Source: Chlorokybus atmophyticus (Eukaryota > Plantae > Mesostigma and Chlorokybus algae). Taken from it: a stretch of 64,000 nt of DNA. The DNA is taken from NCBI GenBank assembly GCA_009103225.1, contig RHPI01002615.1, positions 355,857 through 419,856 of the forward strand, read 5' to 3'. The notes under the pieces are model-generated. The model was given only the letters and a program-made list of their open reading frames with translations. It was not told where the DNA came from and made no database searches. Both the position numbers and the translations under genes were made by a program. Numbering within the stretch: the first letter of the stretch is position 1; every line of letters begins with the position of its first letter. Below are positions 42,555 through 55,400 of the stretch, piece by piece.

Positions 42555-44526
42555 GTGTCTGCTGACTACACGCGGATGCATAGCGATGGGCTGGTCACTT
42601 TCGTGGCGTGCTCGCTCGGAAACACGCGCTGCAAAAACAGCGACAACAATGGGAACCTGTACTACGAGTGGCCATCTGCTACAGCCATTGATAAGAGAGG
42701 CGACATTGTGGTTGCGCGCGGTGGCGCAGTCAGCGTGTTTCATCACTCCACTGGTCAATGGGCAAGCCTACCTGGCAAGTATGAGGTCTGCGGCTTCACC
42801 TCCCTCGCCATGGGGCACAACTCGTTGTACATCGCATGCCGTGCACACGTCATGCACGAGTTCACCAGCGGCCAACAGGTACACTGATCAGTATCACTCG
42901 TGTGCATATTAAGTATGCTTGCATGCATGCTTGGTATGGTGCGCACAAACGGGTTTTCTACCTTATGTCTATGTACAAAACTCACATGCGGCTAATGGAC
43001 ACGTGCGTACCACTCCTGCACGCGTGCATGTGTGCTTGCATTAGTGTGCACAGGCAATCAGTAGGTAAGTAGTCGTTCTTGAGTCTGAAACAGCAGCTTT
43101 GCAGATGAAGATCTTGCAGTCATTCGACTTAGAAGTGCTGAACGGAAGCAGACGCAGCGTGTGCTTTGCTGGACCAGACCGTCTCCTGCTGGCCAACGTG
43201 CACAACGGATGCATTGAAGAGCTGTCGCGCTCGACAGAAGGTGGTGACGACCCACATGGCGCTCCACGCTGGCGTCAACGGGTGCTTGTACCCGCAGGGC
43301 TCGTTAGTTTGGCGGGTGGACGCAGCAAGCCGCGGAGCGTTGTCAAGACCAACACCGAAGACCTGTTTGTGGTTTTGGGCCAGGAGGACTGGGGCACATC
43401 ACAATGCTCTGTGGTGAAGTTGAGTCCCGTTGAATCAAAAGGCATGGAGAGTGTAGTACAGTACGAACAGAAAGTCTTGAAGCTGCCGGAGTGCAAAGGC
43501 AATGAAGGACTTGAGCTCGTAGCAGCGCTCGATGGCTCAGTCCTCATCTCTGATTGGAAGAATGGTCGCATAAGCCGCCTGCTCCCAGACGGCACAGTGA
43601 AGCTGTTCTTGGAACGGCGCAAACGCAATTGGCAGGGGGAGCTTCTCGCTAACTTCTGGCCGGGTGTCATGGCCATTGACGAAGCCAACCGATACCTTTA
43701 CTGGGTATGACACGCATACGCGTTGGCACACACGTGCGTGCATACACATGCACAGACATACCCACCCACCCCCGCCCCCGCCCTCCCCTCAAAAGAACAA
43801 ATACACTCGCTTGCACACAATGTGCACATGCACGCAGGCAGAGCGCCATTACTGGTGCACTGGTGTGTTTGCTATGTTGTTTACAAAATGTTCGTTTCAT
43901 ATCAGGCGGACAGGTGTTGTATAAAGCGAGTGGCGTGGCGTTCGGGACACGCGGACATGCCAGCTATGACACCGCTAGCATCCGACATGCTCGCTCTGTT
44001 GAACAGCAAGGACCTGCCGGAAGGAAAGGTGACATTCGTGGTCGGTGGCAAAGAGTACTTCGCATTAAAGCCAATACTTGCGCAGCGCTCGCAGTACTTC
44101 CGTAACATGTTCAAAGAGGAGTGGGCGAAAGACCACGTTATTGTGGACGACGTGTCGCCTTCAGCATTCAAGGCCGTGCTCGAGTTTCTGCATTCGGACG
44201 TGTTGCCTCTGCGCTTGGACGCAATCGAGACGGCTGAGGTCTTGCGTTATGCGGACTTCATCACTCACACGCAGCTGATTCAAGCCAGCACCGACAAGCT
44301 CGTGCAACTTACGTGTCACGACAATGTTGTGGACATATGCAAATACGCCGCTCGCCACTGCCTGACTCCTCTCAGGAAGCAATGCGTCAACTACGTGCTG
44401 CGGCACTTTGCTGAGCTGCGCGACAAAGGCCTCTCCCAGCTAGATGCGGAAAGCTTGGCGGAACTGCTGCCAAGGCTGGAAGTGCAACCAGGCCAATGTG
44501 ATGTACAGGTAGTGTGTCTTTCTTAA
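42555..44526 (+). CDS. Beta-propeller (NHL/SGL-like) plus BTB/POZ-BACK protein, probable CUL3 adaptor; first and last exons unresolved
   Basis: Blade-like repeats (PSATAIDKRGDIVVA, DGSVLISDWKNGRISRL, PGVMAIDEANRYLYW) precede a clear BTB domain (VTFVVGGKEYFALKPILAQRSQYFRNMF..DVSPSAFKAVLEFLHSD) and BACK-like helices (NVVDICKYAARHCLTPLRKQCVNYVLRHF). A possible first exon lies at 41946-42068. Confidence 0.85.
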
Positions 44527-45508
44527 AAGTTCAAGGTGAGGTGATGTTCCGTTTGTAACTTATTGTAACTTATTCATTAGAGGTTTTGTATGTTCGCTTT
44601 GGCTGTAAAGTCTTGGGAAGTTTTGATACAGTGATGTGTACGTAATGCACATGTCAGTTGTATGCAGCAATGTGTAGAGTAAACAGTGTGGAAGGAAACC
44701 GCTTGGCACAGCAGATACCGCTTCTAACTTGATGACAGATCGCGTACCAAAAAAAGGTTCAGCATCCTGCCTTTGGTTACGTTTCGTACAAATGTGTTTT
44801 AACTGCAACAACCATAACATAACATGTAAGAAACACGCTTGACATGCTGCTTGGCAGCTTTGCGTGCCTGTTGGTTCCAACCATCCTCCATCATTGTTGA
44901 CATACAAGCGAATGTTGATTAGACCCAACGCTGTCAGTAATTTAGCACAACTTCAGTAATGTTGTTGTTTCTCACCTGCTAGGACTGATGGTGGACTGAC
45001 AAGCTGTTGTCACAACTGCTGGGCCTGGAAGAACTGTGGCACATCCATACCCTGATGTTGCAGCAGCAGTAACTTGTCATGCAGCCAACAACATAGGCCA
45101 ATGAGAAGGTTGTACCAAATAGAGTTGTATTCGTGTCTCCCTACCTCATGCACAACATGTTCGCTGACCGTATGCAGTACAACTGCATCCATTTTTGTCT
45201 GCAGCATGTCACCTGCCACCCAGCTCATTGTTATGGTGCATCAAGAAGCTGACACATACTTGTACTTTCATGGTATGAGAGGCCTACAGGCCTACAGACA
45301 AACATGACAAAAGCGCTGCTGGTGGTATGCACATCTCAGCTGCTGTTGAAGTTGACAACATTTGCAGAAGTGACATACCACATCGCAGCTGCACTGCACG
45401 CGATTTACAACGGCAAGTCAACTGTCTTTGTGTTGGTTTGTCACGCGTTGATGATGGTCATACGCAATGGTCCTACGCAAAGCAACAGGCAGAGCACACA
45501 GCACACCT

Positions 45509-47902
45509 TTACGCTATTCTCTCATGAACGAACAAGCCGCCCCCGTTCTTGCCGCTGCTGCGACTGAGGCGGATCTGGTCATCTATGTACAGCTGTTCAA
45601 CAAAGTTCTGGTCGCTTCCAGGCAGACCGACCGGCAGCTTCAGCTTATCACCGAACTCCAGTGCTATTTTGAAAGGAGGCCCGATCTGGCATCTGTATAA
45701 AGCGTATATCAATACAGGTCAACACAGAGAATTTATGTCTTGCAGCCTATCGTTTGCATGTTGTGTGCGTTCTTACGTGTCATCGGAGATGATATCACAT
45801 CCTGCACCCAATCGCAGCCGCACGTTGCTGCCGAATTCTGCAATGTTTTCCACACGCCCGTCACCTGCTTCTGGCCCAAGCACCTACAATGACAGGCAGA
45901 TTTCACGTACTGTACACACATGCTTGTCTAGCAATGAACCATTGTAACTGGACAAGATGTTCCCTACCTGTCTGCTAGACACCTTGAAAGGCAGCCTGCT
46001 GCGAAGAGTGTTGAAGTCGCTTGATTCTGAACTGTACAACAGTCTCCAGTTGCCCTAAAATGAAGTCAAGGAGAGAGCATGTCACACAACAGAGGAGCGC
46101 ACTGGGTTAGACTCACACAACAGTTTTTTACGGGCTGTGCGCAACATCATGCAGGTGGCCCTCCATGTTATGAAAAACCTTGCTCTGTGGACCGTCACTG
46201 GACCCGCATATACGCACGCGCATAGTATATACATACTTGATGTTGCGTCAACCATGATTTGCAAGACGCACATTGAAAATAGCACGTGACAACAGACTGT
46301 GCTGTGTAACATCATGTCCAGCATACTGCAGAGTACATGACACGCGAAAGACGCAGTATACTGTAGAGTGCACTGTTTAACTCTCGTTTTGCTTACCAGC
46401 AGTTGTTTTGAGCGCGCGGGCTTCTTGGTTGGGTTCAAAGTGATCAGTTCTTGGGCAACCGTCTCCACCTCGTCTTGAGGAGGCTTGCTATTGTCTTGAA
46501 TCAGGTCCAGCAGTTGTTGCCTCACCTGCATTGATAGCTCCCTTAGCATCTGTAACCGTGCAAATGGGTAACAACAAGTGCATCTCGCCCGTACTTGCAC
46601 AATTTACGAACTCATTGTGCAAGTTTTAGTCTACATGTATTGGGGCATATGTAGTACATGTTGTAGTCGCATGTGGCCACCATTTGCGGCGCTTCTTGCA
46701 TGCTATGATGAGGCAACTTACCTGGATGTTGTACAACGCAATTGAAAATGCTTTGACAACTGCAACTGCAACATGGCTGTCGTTGAACAGGCAGCCAGTT
46801 TGTGGTCGTGCATGCATGCATGCATGCATGCATGCATGTGCCTCTAGCACGCTATGCTGAGGATAACGTGCGTCCATAGTATAATAACGATGATAACATT
46901 GACGAATTGGCGTTATGGTAGTGTAGTAACCGCCACTGCAACCATACCATGGCTATTGTTCAATGGTTGTTTGGCCGTGTCATCACCGCCCGCGCAAGGC
47001 CATGCAACCACTAACCTCCAGTCGGCTGCGTCCACCAGGCGCTGCGCTGTTGTTGTTCCGCCTGCCCAGCAGCGTGCGTGCAGCTGTGAGCGTGCCAGCC
47101 GCAGCAACGGCCACCGCAATCCAATTCGTTGTCCAGTCTGCAGAAGGCAAGTGTGAGTGTCGAAGCCATGAAGCAGTGGGGAGGCACATTCACTAGACGA
47201 GAAGTATCATACCACTTGTACCACAGGTGCTTGAGGGTCACCGAGTCAGACACATATGGGGTTAAGATTGCTTACAGCTTGCAGTGCATGCTCTCACTGA
47301 CGTACCCATGCATGCAGCTATGCATGCACACATTCATGGGTGCATATTTACAAGAACACATGCAAGCACATGCACATCTGCACCAAATAGCCCCCGCAAA
47401 CGTGCATGCATGGATCTCTCCTGATTGCACGTGAGCAGCATGCTGCACGTGCATGCATGCAACCATGCAGGCAGGCACGTATGCATTGCTCTAGCCAGAA
47501 CAGCGACAAACACATGCTATTCTCAAGCAGCAGCGAAGCATGTCAGCTACTACAGAGGCTTAACTGACAAGTCTGACCTTGCCTGGTCGTCCCTGCAACC
47601 ACTTCTGAGACGGCGGGGGCGGCAGCAACCTCCTCAGCCAAGGCAGCAGCGCTCTGCAAAGCAACCGCAGCTAACCCCGACGCAGCTGCAGCGGCAAACT
47701 CCACAGCACGCTGCTTGCGCCTGCTGGTGGAGCTGCCAGCTGGCACGCTACAGCTGGCCGTCTCAGCCTGCTGCTCACCCGCACAGCGACAGCAGCCTGC
47801 CGCCCTCACACGATGTGGGGCAGGCACGGACAGCCGCCTTTTGCTCCTTCTGCCAGACGCAGCTAACGACAACGACGACAACGACACCGCCACCGACATC
47901 AT
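45509..47902 (-). CDS. PAP/fibrillin-domain plastid protein with a long N-terminal extension
   Basis: A transit-peptide-like exon 1 is followed by DWTTNWIAVAVAAAG, QQLLDLIQ..ETVAQELITLNPT, GNWRLLYSS, RVENIAEF and EQLYIDDQIRLSRSSGKNGGGLFVHER*. This matches the fibrillin pattern (L..LNPT, G.W.L.Y, YLD...R.SR...G..F). Confidence 0.8.
46811..46838. repeat. (CATG)7 self-complementary tetranucleotide repeat
   Basis: Directly visible in a fibrillin intron. Confidence 0.9.
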
Positions 47903-48282
47903 CGCCCTTCTCGGCAAGCACTAGTTGCAAGCACCAACAACCTGCTGGCCACGCAGCTGCGTAGCCAAGTAGTAGTCAGCCAAAGCGCTTGAGCTCAACA
48001 CACAGCTGCTAAGCTTGACACAGACACATACACCTGTAGCTTACACCAAGCGCTAAAAGTCAAAGCAAGAACACACGTCAGAGCATCTACACGGATGCTA
48101 GGTGATACTTAACTTGACAGCAATCAAGTTGATAGAAAATGCAGCCTTGTGCATGCTGGTCCTCATTGCGGCTCAACACCAAAGTCCCAAACGCATTTCC
48201 ACCGGTGTCCTGGGTGCAACCTCCGATAGGTTGGGGGACCTGGTTTGGAATTGGATTGAGCAGTGCAGCGGTGTGCGCGGCC

Positions 48283-49572
48283 ATGGCGGCGATGGCGGTG
48301 TCGGCGTCATCTCCCTCGTTGTCGTCGGGTTTCTGGGGTGTGCAGGCGGGGTGGAGGAAGGGGCAGGAGTCGACGCGGTCGACGGCGGCCGAGACAAGGA
48401 CCAGGCCAGCCAGCAGCACCACCACCACTGCGTTGTTTGGGTGGGGCAAGGACAAGGACAAGGGTAAGGAGGACAAGGGTAAGGGTGGCAAGAGCGGGGA
48501 CAAGAAGGCGCCCGCCCCTAAGCCCGGAAGTAATCAGCAGGCCCGGGCGGTGGAGAAGCCCAGGCCGGAATGCAAGAAGTGCGCCGGCTCGGGAGTGCTC
48601 GACTGCCCCACATGCAAGGTGACACGCGTGTCTTGCTTTGGGTTTTTGCGCGGTCTCAAGCATTGTTCTGTTGCTTGTTTGCCTGTCGTGCGCATTGCCG
48701 TGGAAAGCAGTTTCATTGCATTCATCACCAGACACCTACAAGCAACTAAACAGCAGTTTACAACCCCGAACACCCAAGTACACATAAAAACAAACCATCA
48801 CTCACACCAACCAAAGCACGCAAGTATGACAGCGAACAAAGCCACCAAACAAATCAACAAACGAACAAACCAACAAACAACGCACATTGTGCATGAGGAC
48901 TGCTGTGTGACATGGCATGAATTTGGCAGCCATTGATGGTTTGTTTCGCGCGGGCGCGTTGTACTCAGCTGATAATGTGGGTTCACGCACGCAGGGAACT
49001 GGGAGGAGTAAAAAGTCCGGAAACATACTGGAGCGATGGAAGTAAGTGCGTGCATCTGTGCTTGCGCATTGCTATCTCTGGTTGCAATCCGTGCTTGGGC
49101 CGAGGCCACTTAGAGGCATGAAGGGGGAAGCGGTGGGTGTATGAGTGGAAACATAATAATGTTGGCGTGTTGTGCAACGTTGCAACCACTACCTGCGGCG
49201 AGCACTTGTGCATGACTCGTGCATGGGCCTGTACATGTGAGAGGAGAGGGGACGGGAGGGGGAGGGAGGGCACGTGTGAGATTGAATGAGCTGTGATGAT
49301 GGGAGTGGGTACTTGTGCAAGCGAGCGAGCATGTATGATATCGCTAGTGATAGCATGGACGTGCCAAGTGTTCACATATGCGTGAAGCTTCCTGATGCAA
49401 CTAACATGTTGACTTGCACCCTCATATATTTGGCTGCTTGCAATCGTTGTCATGCACCTCTCGAAACCCAATGACTCATTGCAGGTGCATGGACTGCCAA
49501 GGCTTTGGGTACATTGGCTGCACAACTTGTGGGCAGACTGGTCTGACTCCAGAGCAACGAGGGGAGCGGTGA
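48283..49572 (+). CDS. Plastid DnaJ-like zinc-finger protein (DNAJE1 type, no J domain)
   Basis: A transit peptide is followed by CKKCAGSGVLDCPTCK|GTGRSKKSGNILERWK|CMDCQGFGYIGCTTCGQTGLTPEQRGER*, giving four CxxCxGxG-type repeats. The GLTPEQRGER end matches a conserved plant subfamily. Confidence 0.9.
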
Positions 49573-50006
49573 AGCACAATCCGATGCACATCTTTTTGGT
49601 TGAATAACAGTTGTAGATATACCTGCACTCATGATGACACAGCAGTCGGGAGGCCTGTGATTTCATGTAAAGTAACATTTGGCGTAGGCGGCCCATGTAC
49701 CAGCTGCTGATGTAATTACAGCTCCGCAGCCTATGCGCCCTGTGCACATGTATGTCGGCCTACGCGTGCTTGCAGACCAGTTGGTGTTGCGTCCGTGTAA
49801 GCATGTGTGCATGCATGTGAAGACCAATCTACGGCAGAACAGTAACTGTGTCTCATGAACATGCCAAACAGCAGGCGATGCATCCAACGCGCCATGCTTC
49901 GCTAAATTTGCTTATGACGAGTCATACTGTCTAACCAATCAAGGCATCCATATCATCTCAACAATGAGGGATGCCTGCCATACCGATATGTACACGAACC
50001 TAAGAT

Positions 50007-52257
50007 TTACAGCAGACTAGAGATAATGCTCGCAGCGGAACTGCGATAGCCACCACCAAACCTGCACAAAACAGAACATGAGACTTCTTGCACCAAACAC
50101 TGCTTGCTGCTGATCTTGCCAGCATTGGCGTGCTCACTGGCATACAACGCAATTCTCACATGTTGAAGTGGTTGAGATAATGATAGAGCATGTACAGCTG
50201 GTGCCTGTCCTCAAAGCCCGGCTCTCGAGGTATCACCTGAACCATGCAAACCACAAGTCAGCTACGAGTCACTGCTGGATGAACCTCACACACGAGTCCA
50301 CATCAGACTCACCTCATGGTATGCCTGCCAAAACGATGACGAGAAACCCGCGCACCACGACATGCCAAACTCTGCCTCGCTATGGCCATCTGCGTGTGCA
50401 TATCTGGAGTTTTGCACACAACAACAATACAAGGACATATGCTTGCTCGCAAAGGTTGGAGTATTGAAATAACCCAAGCATGGTGTGTCGCGGTTACGTA
50501 CAGTATGTTGCTGGGTCTAGAATCACCGGGTTGGCGCTGCTGTCATAGCTGATGTTACCGCTCCAAAGGTCTCCATGCAGGAGCGCAGGCTTGATATCCA
50601 TTCCCTTGAAGAACTCCGGCAACTTGTCCAGCAGCCTCATGCCTGCCGCCCAAAGAAAGGTGTTGCTTGTCCAGGCATAACAATATAACCATGAACACAC
50701 ATTGTGCGACAACAGGAACATATACGGTGTGTTGGGAGAAGGCCAGTGCACACCTTTGCTGTACAGGTTGGAGTCATGGCGTGCAAGGTTGAGTTGGTGT
50801 TGCAATCTCCGCACGCGGTAGAACTCCACCCAATCATCCATCCATCCGTTAGGTTGGGGTGTGCTGCAAATAACACACACGTCAGATGGCACATACATGC
50901 ATGCCAGCATGATGATAAGCGTGACAACCCTCACTCCAGCCAGCAAGAAGTGCTTACTGTGTCACCTTCCTATGGTGTTGTCAACGTCAAAGCCAAAACC
51001 TTTGTCTGTGGTGCCTTTGAGATGCATATCTGCCAGCTGCTTTCCAAGCTTAGCCTGCATCATGCAGCGGTGCACCACTCAAAGTGAGAACACAATGTTG
51101 TGTTACGGTACCCCAAGTGATAGTGTTGTAATAGTGTTGTGATAATTGAGAAGGGACATATGTTTAATGATAGTACATTAACACCTGTCCATCCTTGCCG
51201 CCAGAACCAGGCGAGATGTACTCCATGATGATGAATGCCCCGCGGCTCAGCGTGCCGTACTTCAGTGGCTTGGGCACACGCACCGTCCCTGTCTCGTGCA
51301 TGGCTCCAAGCCCGGCTGCTTCACTTTCAAACATAGACACCGGAAGAGAACTGCGTATGACGCAAGTTATGTATGCGTGCACACACACATGCAAGTCATC
51401 AACATACGTCCAATGAGGTGAAGTCTGTGACAAGCACACCTGTGGGTCTTGACAAAGAAGTCTCCAGCGTCTGTTTGGTACTGGTAAGCGCTGTTGACGC
51501 AGCCGCCGCTGATGCTGCGAATATTTCGCACTTCTCGCGCGCCGCCTTCACTTAGGATCCAATCCTTGACTGGATCGACGCCTTGCGACACCGAAGCCAT
51601 TGTGCGTGTGACTGCGACCGCGATTGCACATGCTGAGAAGCGAGCAAGGGCAATGAGCGAATGCGACGTTGTCCAATGCATGTAAGCTGGCACTGACGCC
51701 AAGCACGACTAATTGCAGTGGAGGTGAGGGTAAACTAGGATGAAAATGCAAGTAACCAATCGTCTTGCTTCGGGAGCCGCACACACGGCAATGCATGTGC
51801 ATGTGCATGCAGCAAGCTAACTTCAAGCCGCGCACAACAAGACGCAAACTGCTGTTAGGCAGGACTGAGCTTGGTTATGCTGGTAACATTCTGCTTGTTT
51901 GACACACAAACTCACAGCACATCCATTATGGAATTGCAATCTGAAACCCCTAGCCCCAAGATTACTTGCTGGCACGTGTCCTGCCCAACCAACACACAAG
52001 CAACCTTTGCAAGTCGCACACTTACCAGGGCTGATAGGCGCCGCTTGACTTGTCAACGTGTGCGTCGTGCGGTGCCGCCTCAGCTGCAGCTGGCGCTGGG
52101 GTTCTCCCCGGCCAGCGCAAGAAGCGGAGCTGCTGCGGACAGGCTGCGAGGCCAACCCTGTGAAGACCGGCAGACTGCTTGCACCCCCTCCTGACCAAGA
52201 AGCAGTACCTCTCACCGCCGCCGCCGCGACCGCCATGCTTGCAGTTGCCACATGCAT
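50007..52257 (-). CDS. Fructosamine/ketosamine-3-kinase family protein, plastid-targeted
   Basis: Exons encode ISGGCVNSAYQY..FFVKT, MFESEAAGLGAM..VRVPKP, FIIMEY, GFGFDVDNTIG|STPQPN.W..DWVEFY..RL, PALLHGDLWSGN..ILDPATY, GHSEAEFGM, LYHYLNHFN and FGGGYRSS. Exon 1 is an Ala/Ser-rich transit peptide. Confidence 0.95.
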
Positions 52258-52432
52258 GCTTGTGGTGGCAGTGTCTGCATTATTTGCTGGCGACGGAGGT
52301 GTAGGCGGTGGTCTAGGCCAAGGCGGGGGGTGTAGGCGGAGGCGTAGTTGTTGCGCACATGGGCGGTGCTGCTGAGCTTCGGCGGGGCGGTGATGGCCGC
52401 CCGCCGGTGGTGGCCTCCGCTGGCTTCTGGCA

Positions 52433-52493
52433 ATAGTGCTCCTGCCGCTGTGATGCGGCAGGAGCACTATGCCGCATCACAGCGGCAGGAGCA
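52433..52493. repeat. Perfect 24-bp inverted repeat overlapping an alternative 16-bp inverted repeat
   Basis: 52437-52460 is the exact reverse complement of 52470-52493, and 52433-52448 of 52455-52470. Confidence 0.9.
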
Positions 52494-55400
52494 GTGGGAC
52501 GTTTGCCTACTGAGACTTGCTGAGACTTGCTGAGGCGACGGATGGCTACCGTGGCTTGCCGTGGATTTGCAGCCCAATAAACAGCAGGTGCAGTTGCTGC
52601 GGGAATGGTTAGCACGCTGCTAGGTCGCATTGCGGGTTTGGTTGGAAAGCAGGGACATCCCCCGAAAAACGTTGATAGCTAAAATCGTTCAAGTGCATTG
52701 CATGCTCTACATCTAGTGCCCTGACTGACATTTAACTCGCATTTGGTGAGCTCCGCACTGCACCGCGTGTATACAGGCTTTGAACTTGTATGTGAGACGG
52801 ACACGCATTGACATATATGCGTATTACGTGCATCCACATGCGGGCATGTGTGGGCACATACGCCTGCACACGGCCATACTGCTTTCTCAGGACGCTGGCA
52901 TGCACGACGTAAATGCTGCGTGCCACGCATGCCAAGTCAGTTGCTTGGCTGGCTTTACATAGTTGCATAGTTTTGTGCTGCATGCATAACTCTGTGTTGG
53001 GTGTGTTTCATTCATTGCACTGCTACTGTGCCGTAGTACCACTGTCAACGCCACACACTGCAGCTTTGCACATTTCTGGGGCGAAGCTTGGTTGCATGAA
53101 AAGGTGGCTTGGGTCTGTGATTCGACTGTTGTGCGTCCATGTTATGTGTTTGCGCTTGGTATTCGGTGCATATGTGCGTGCGTGCGCGTGTGGATAGGTA
53201 CGCTCACTCTATGCCATAGTTTGGGATACTTCATGCCTTTTTCCAAGCGCTGCCTTGGGAAGCACATCATGGGAAAAGCTTTGACCTGCTGTAAATCGCA
53301 GTGATGTAAGCAGGTGACCTGGAAGTGTATTGAGGTGGTCATGCGTTGGCGCAAGTGATAGTGTGCGTGTGATTGGTTGATTCAATACAAAACCAGCCAT
53401 CAGCCACGTGGCCTCGAGACTTGTCTTGGATATTGCTACAGTGACAATTAAACTGCACGACAACAAAGCGCAAGCAGTGTGATGCTGAGCTTGTGTTCTG
53501 CCACGTATCAAGCTATTGTCAGCTTGGCGTGTTATAGTACATGCCACTTCAACGCTGTTGAAGCACAGGGAGTTGTTCGCCGGTGCTGGGCAGTGTAGCT
53601 CAGGAAACAGTTGTGTATTGGCTCTTGGGAAAGGTTTTGAAAGGGTGTAGTACGTCCAGACTATTCAGGTAGGTGTGCATCATCTGCAATGCAGCCTGCA
53701 CATTGTGTATGGGAGTCATTAAACTCTCGCCGGTATGTGTAGTGATCAACGTCCACCATACCAGCGCACACATACCATACACAGCATATGCCATGTGGCA
53801 TCCAAATCACACCCGCCGAAGACAATCTGTGTAGCTGCCGCTTTGCATTGCCATCTCTGCATGCGTACAGAACAGGTACACTTTCACCCACACACTTCCG
53901 ATGCACAGCATATGGAAGACCAACGACGTTAATAATTCCTATTTACTTTGGCATACAAGCATTGACTGTCAGACCAACAACACTCTTCTACGATGCACAA
54001 GTGGGTGGTTGTTAGTTGCTACCATGCCTAGCACACCATACAAACCAGCACCACAATGCTACCGCCAAGTGCTCACACCATCCCGCCGCGGGATGTGAGC
54101 ATATAAGAGGACGTGACACTCGGCTAGTGGCACGTCTACTTATATGGAACTGGTAGCATGTAGACAAAGACACCCCTGGTTGTTCGTGAGGGTGCTTAAA
54201 GTGTAGTCTGTTGCAAACAATGGTGTTAGTGCCAACTCTATCACGTATGTCGACTTGCATCAAGAGGCGCTTGTGTACTTGTGCCTAATACACACATGGG
54301 CACAAGTACACATGCGCATCTTCTTTACACTCGGCGCACTTGCAATGCACACACAAACAAGCAAGCCGAGCAGAAAGTAGCAGCGCTAGTGCACGTGGCC
54401 TCCTTAGTGGACGCAACCGCCATGGGTTCAACCCACGGTCAAGTTGTAGAAGATTGAATAAGAATATACTTGCATGCCACACCATGCATTCCTTCTTTAC
54501 AAGGACCTCCCAATACACTCTGCCCAATTGGAAAGCTTGTACACACGCGCTTGTATAAAGTAACCAAAGTGTCACGCCTATAAGGCTGGCAAGAGTCATT
54601 CTCTGTCCCTTACTTATGTTGTAGTAAGATGAGAATCCATGGGGACTCATTCCTTATAAGCAAGTGTAGTGCTTATGGGGTATGCTCTCACTTAGGTCTA
54701 CTTTTAAGCCTATGAGGGCCCTAAGTGATGATAAACTACAAGGCATTGATGCTGGGCTATCACAGAGCTGGTCAATGCAGCCTATGGCATGTGAGCCTTG
54801 AGTACGGCATTGTGAGTTGCCACAGGAAGTAGCAGTAACAAGAGTGTGAGCCAGGTTGGCAAACCACAGGATTTGTACTGTGGGTGCGATTTGCCACATG
54901 TGTGACAGCTGCAAGGCAAGTAGTGCCTGTGTGGCAATCCGCAAGTACACATGTATTAGGAGAGCTTGAATATGTAGTTCCGCGGTAAGAATGTCACTCC
55001 TACAATGTATTTACCACCCAAGGTGGTTTTATACTCCCGAGGTAAAGTTTATTGGTTCCGATGTTGAGTCAAGGTCAGCGCATAGTGACAAGGCCTATGT
55101 GGCCTTGGACATCCTGCGTGCTAGGTCGGGAGAGCATGTGGTGTAAATGCTAAGTTGCATTCTTGAGAAGGGATCCAATTAGTATTGATCAAGACATCAG
55201 TGTGTGTTCACCTTACAAGAAGGCCACTTGTGCGTGGGGTGCTTGGTTGTTAGCTGTTGAAGGGGCTCTCCCCCTCATCCCTTGTGGGGTGGGGTGAGGT
55301 GGGGTGGTGGGTGTGTTGGGCGTGTGTGTACCTGCGGCTGGAGCTGTGTGGAGAGGCCGGTGGTCCTCTCCTCCCTTGTTGCCAAGCTGCAACTTCCCCT

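Noticed and set aside
54770-54950. SWIM-like Cys/His peptide (CTCGLPHRHYLPCSCH) suggesting a MULE relic
   Set aside because: It is short, with no DDE core or terminal repeats visible; Cys/His-rich peptides arise readily from the RY-rich background.
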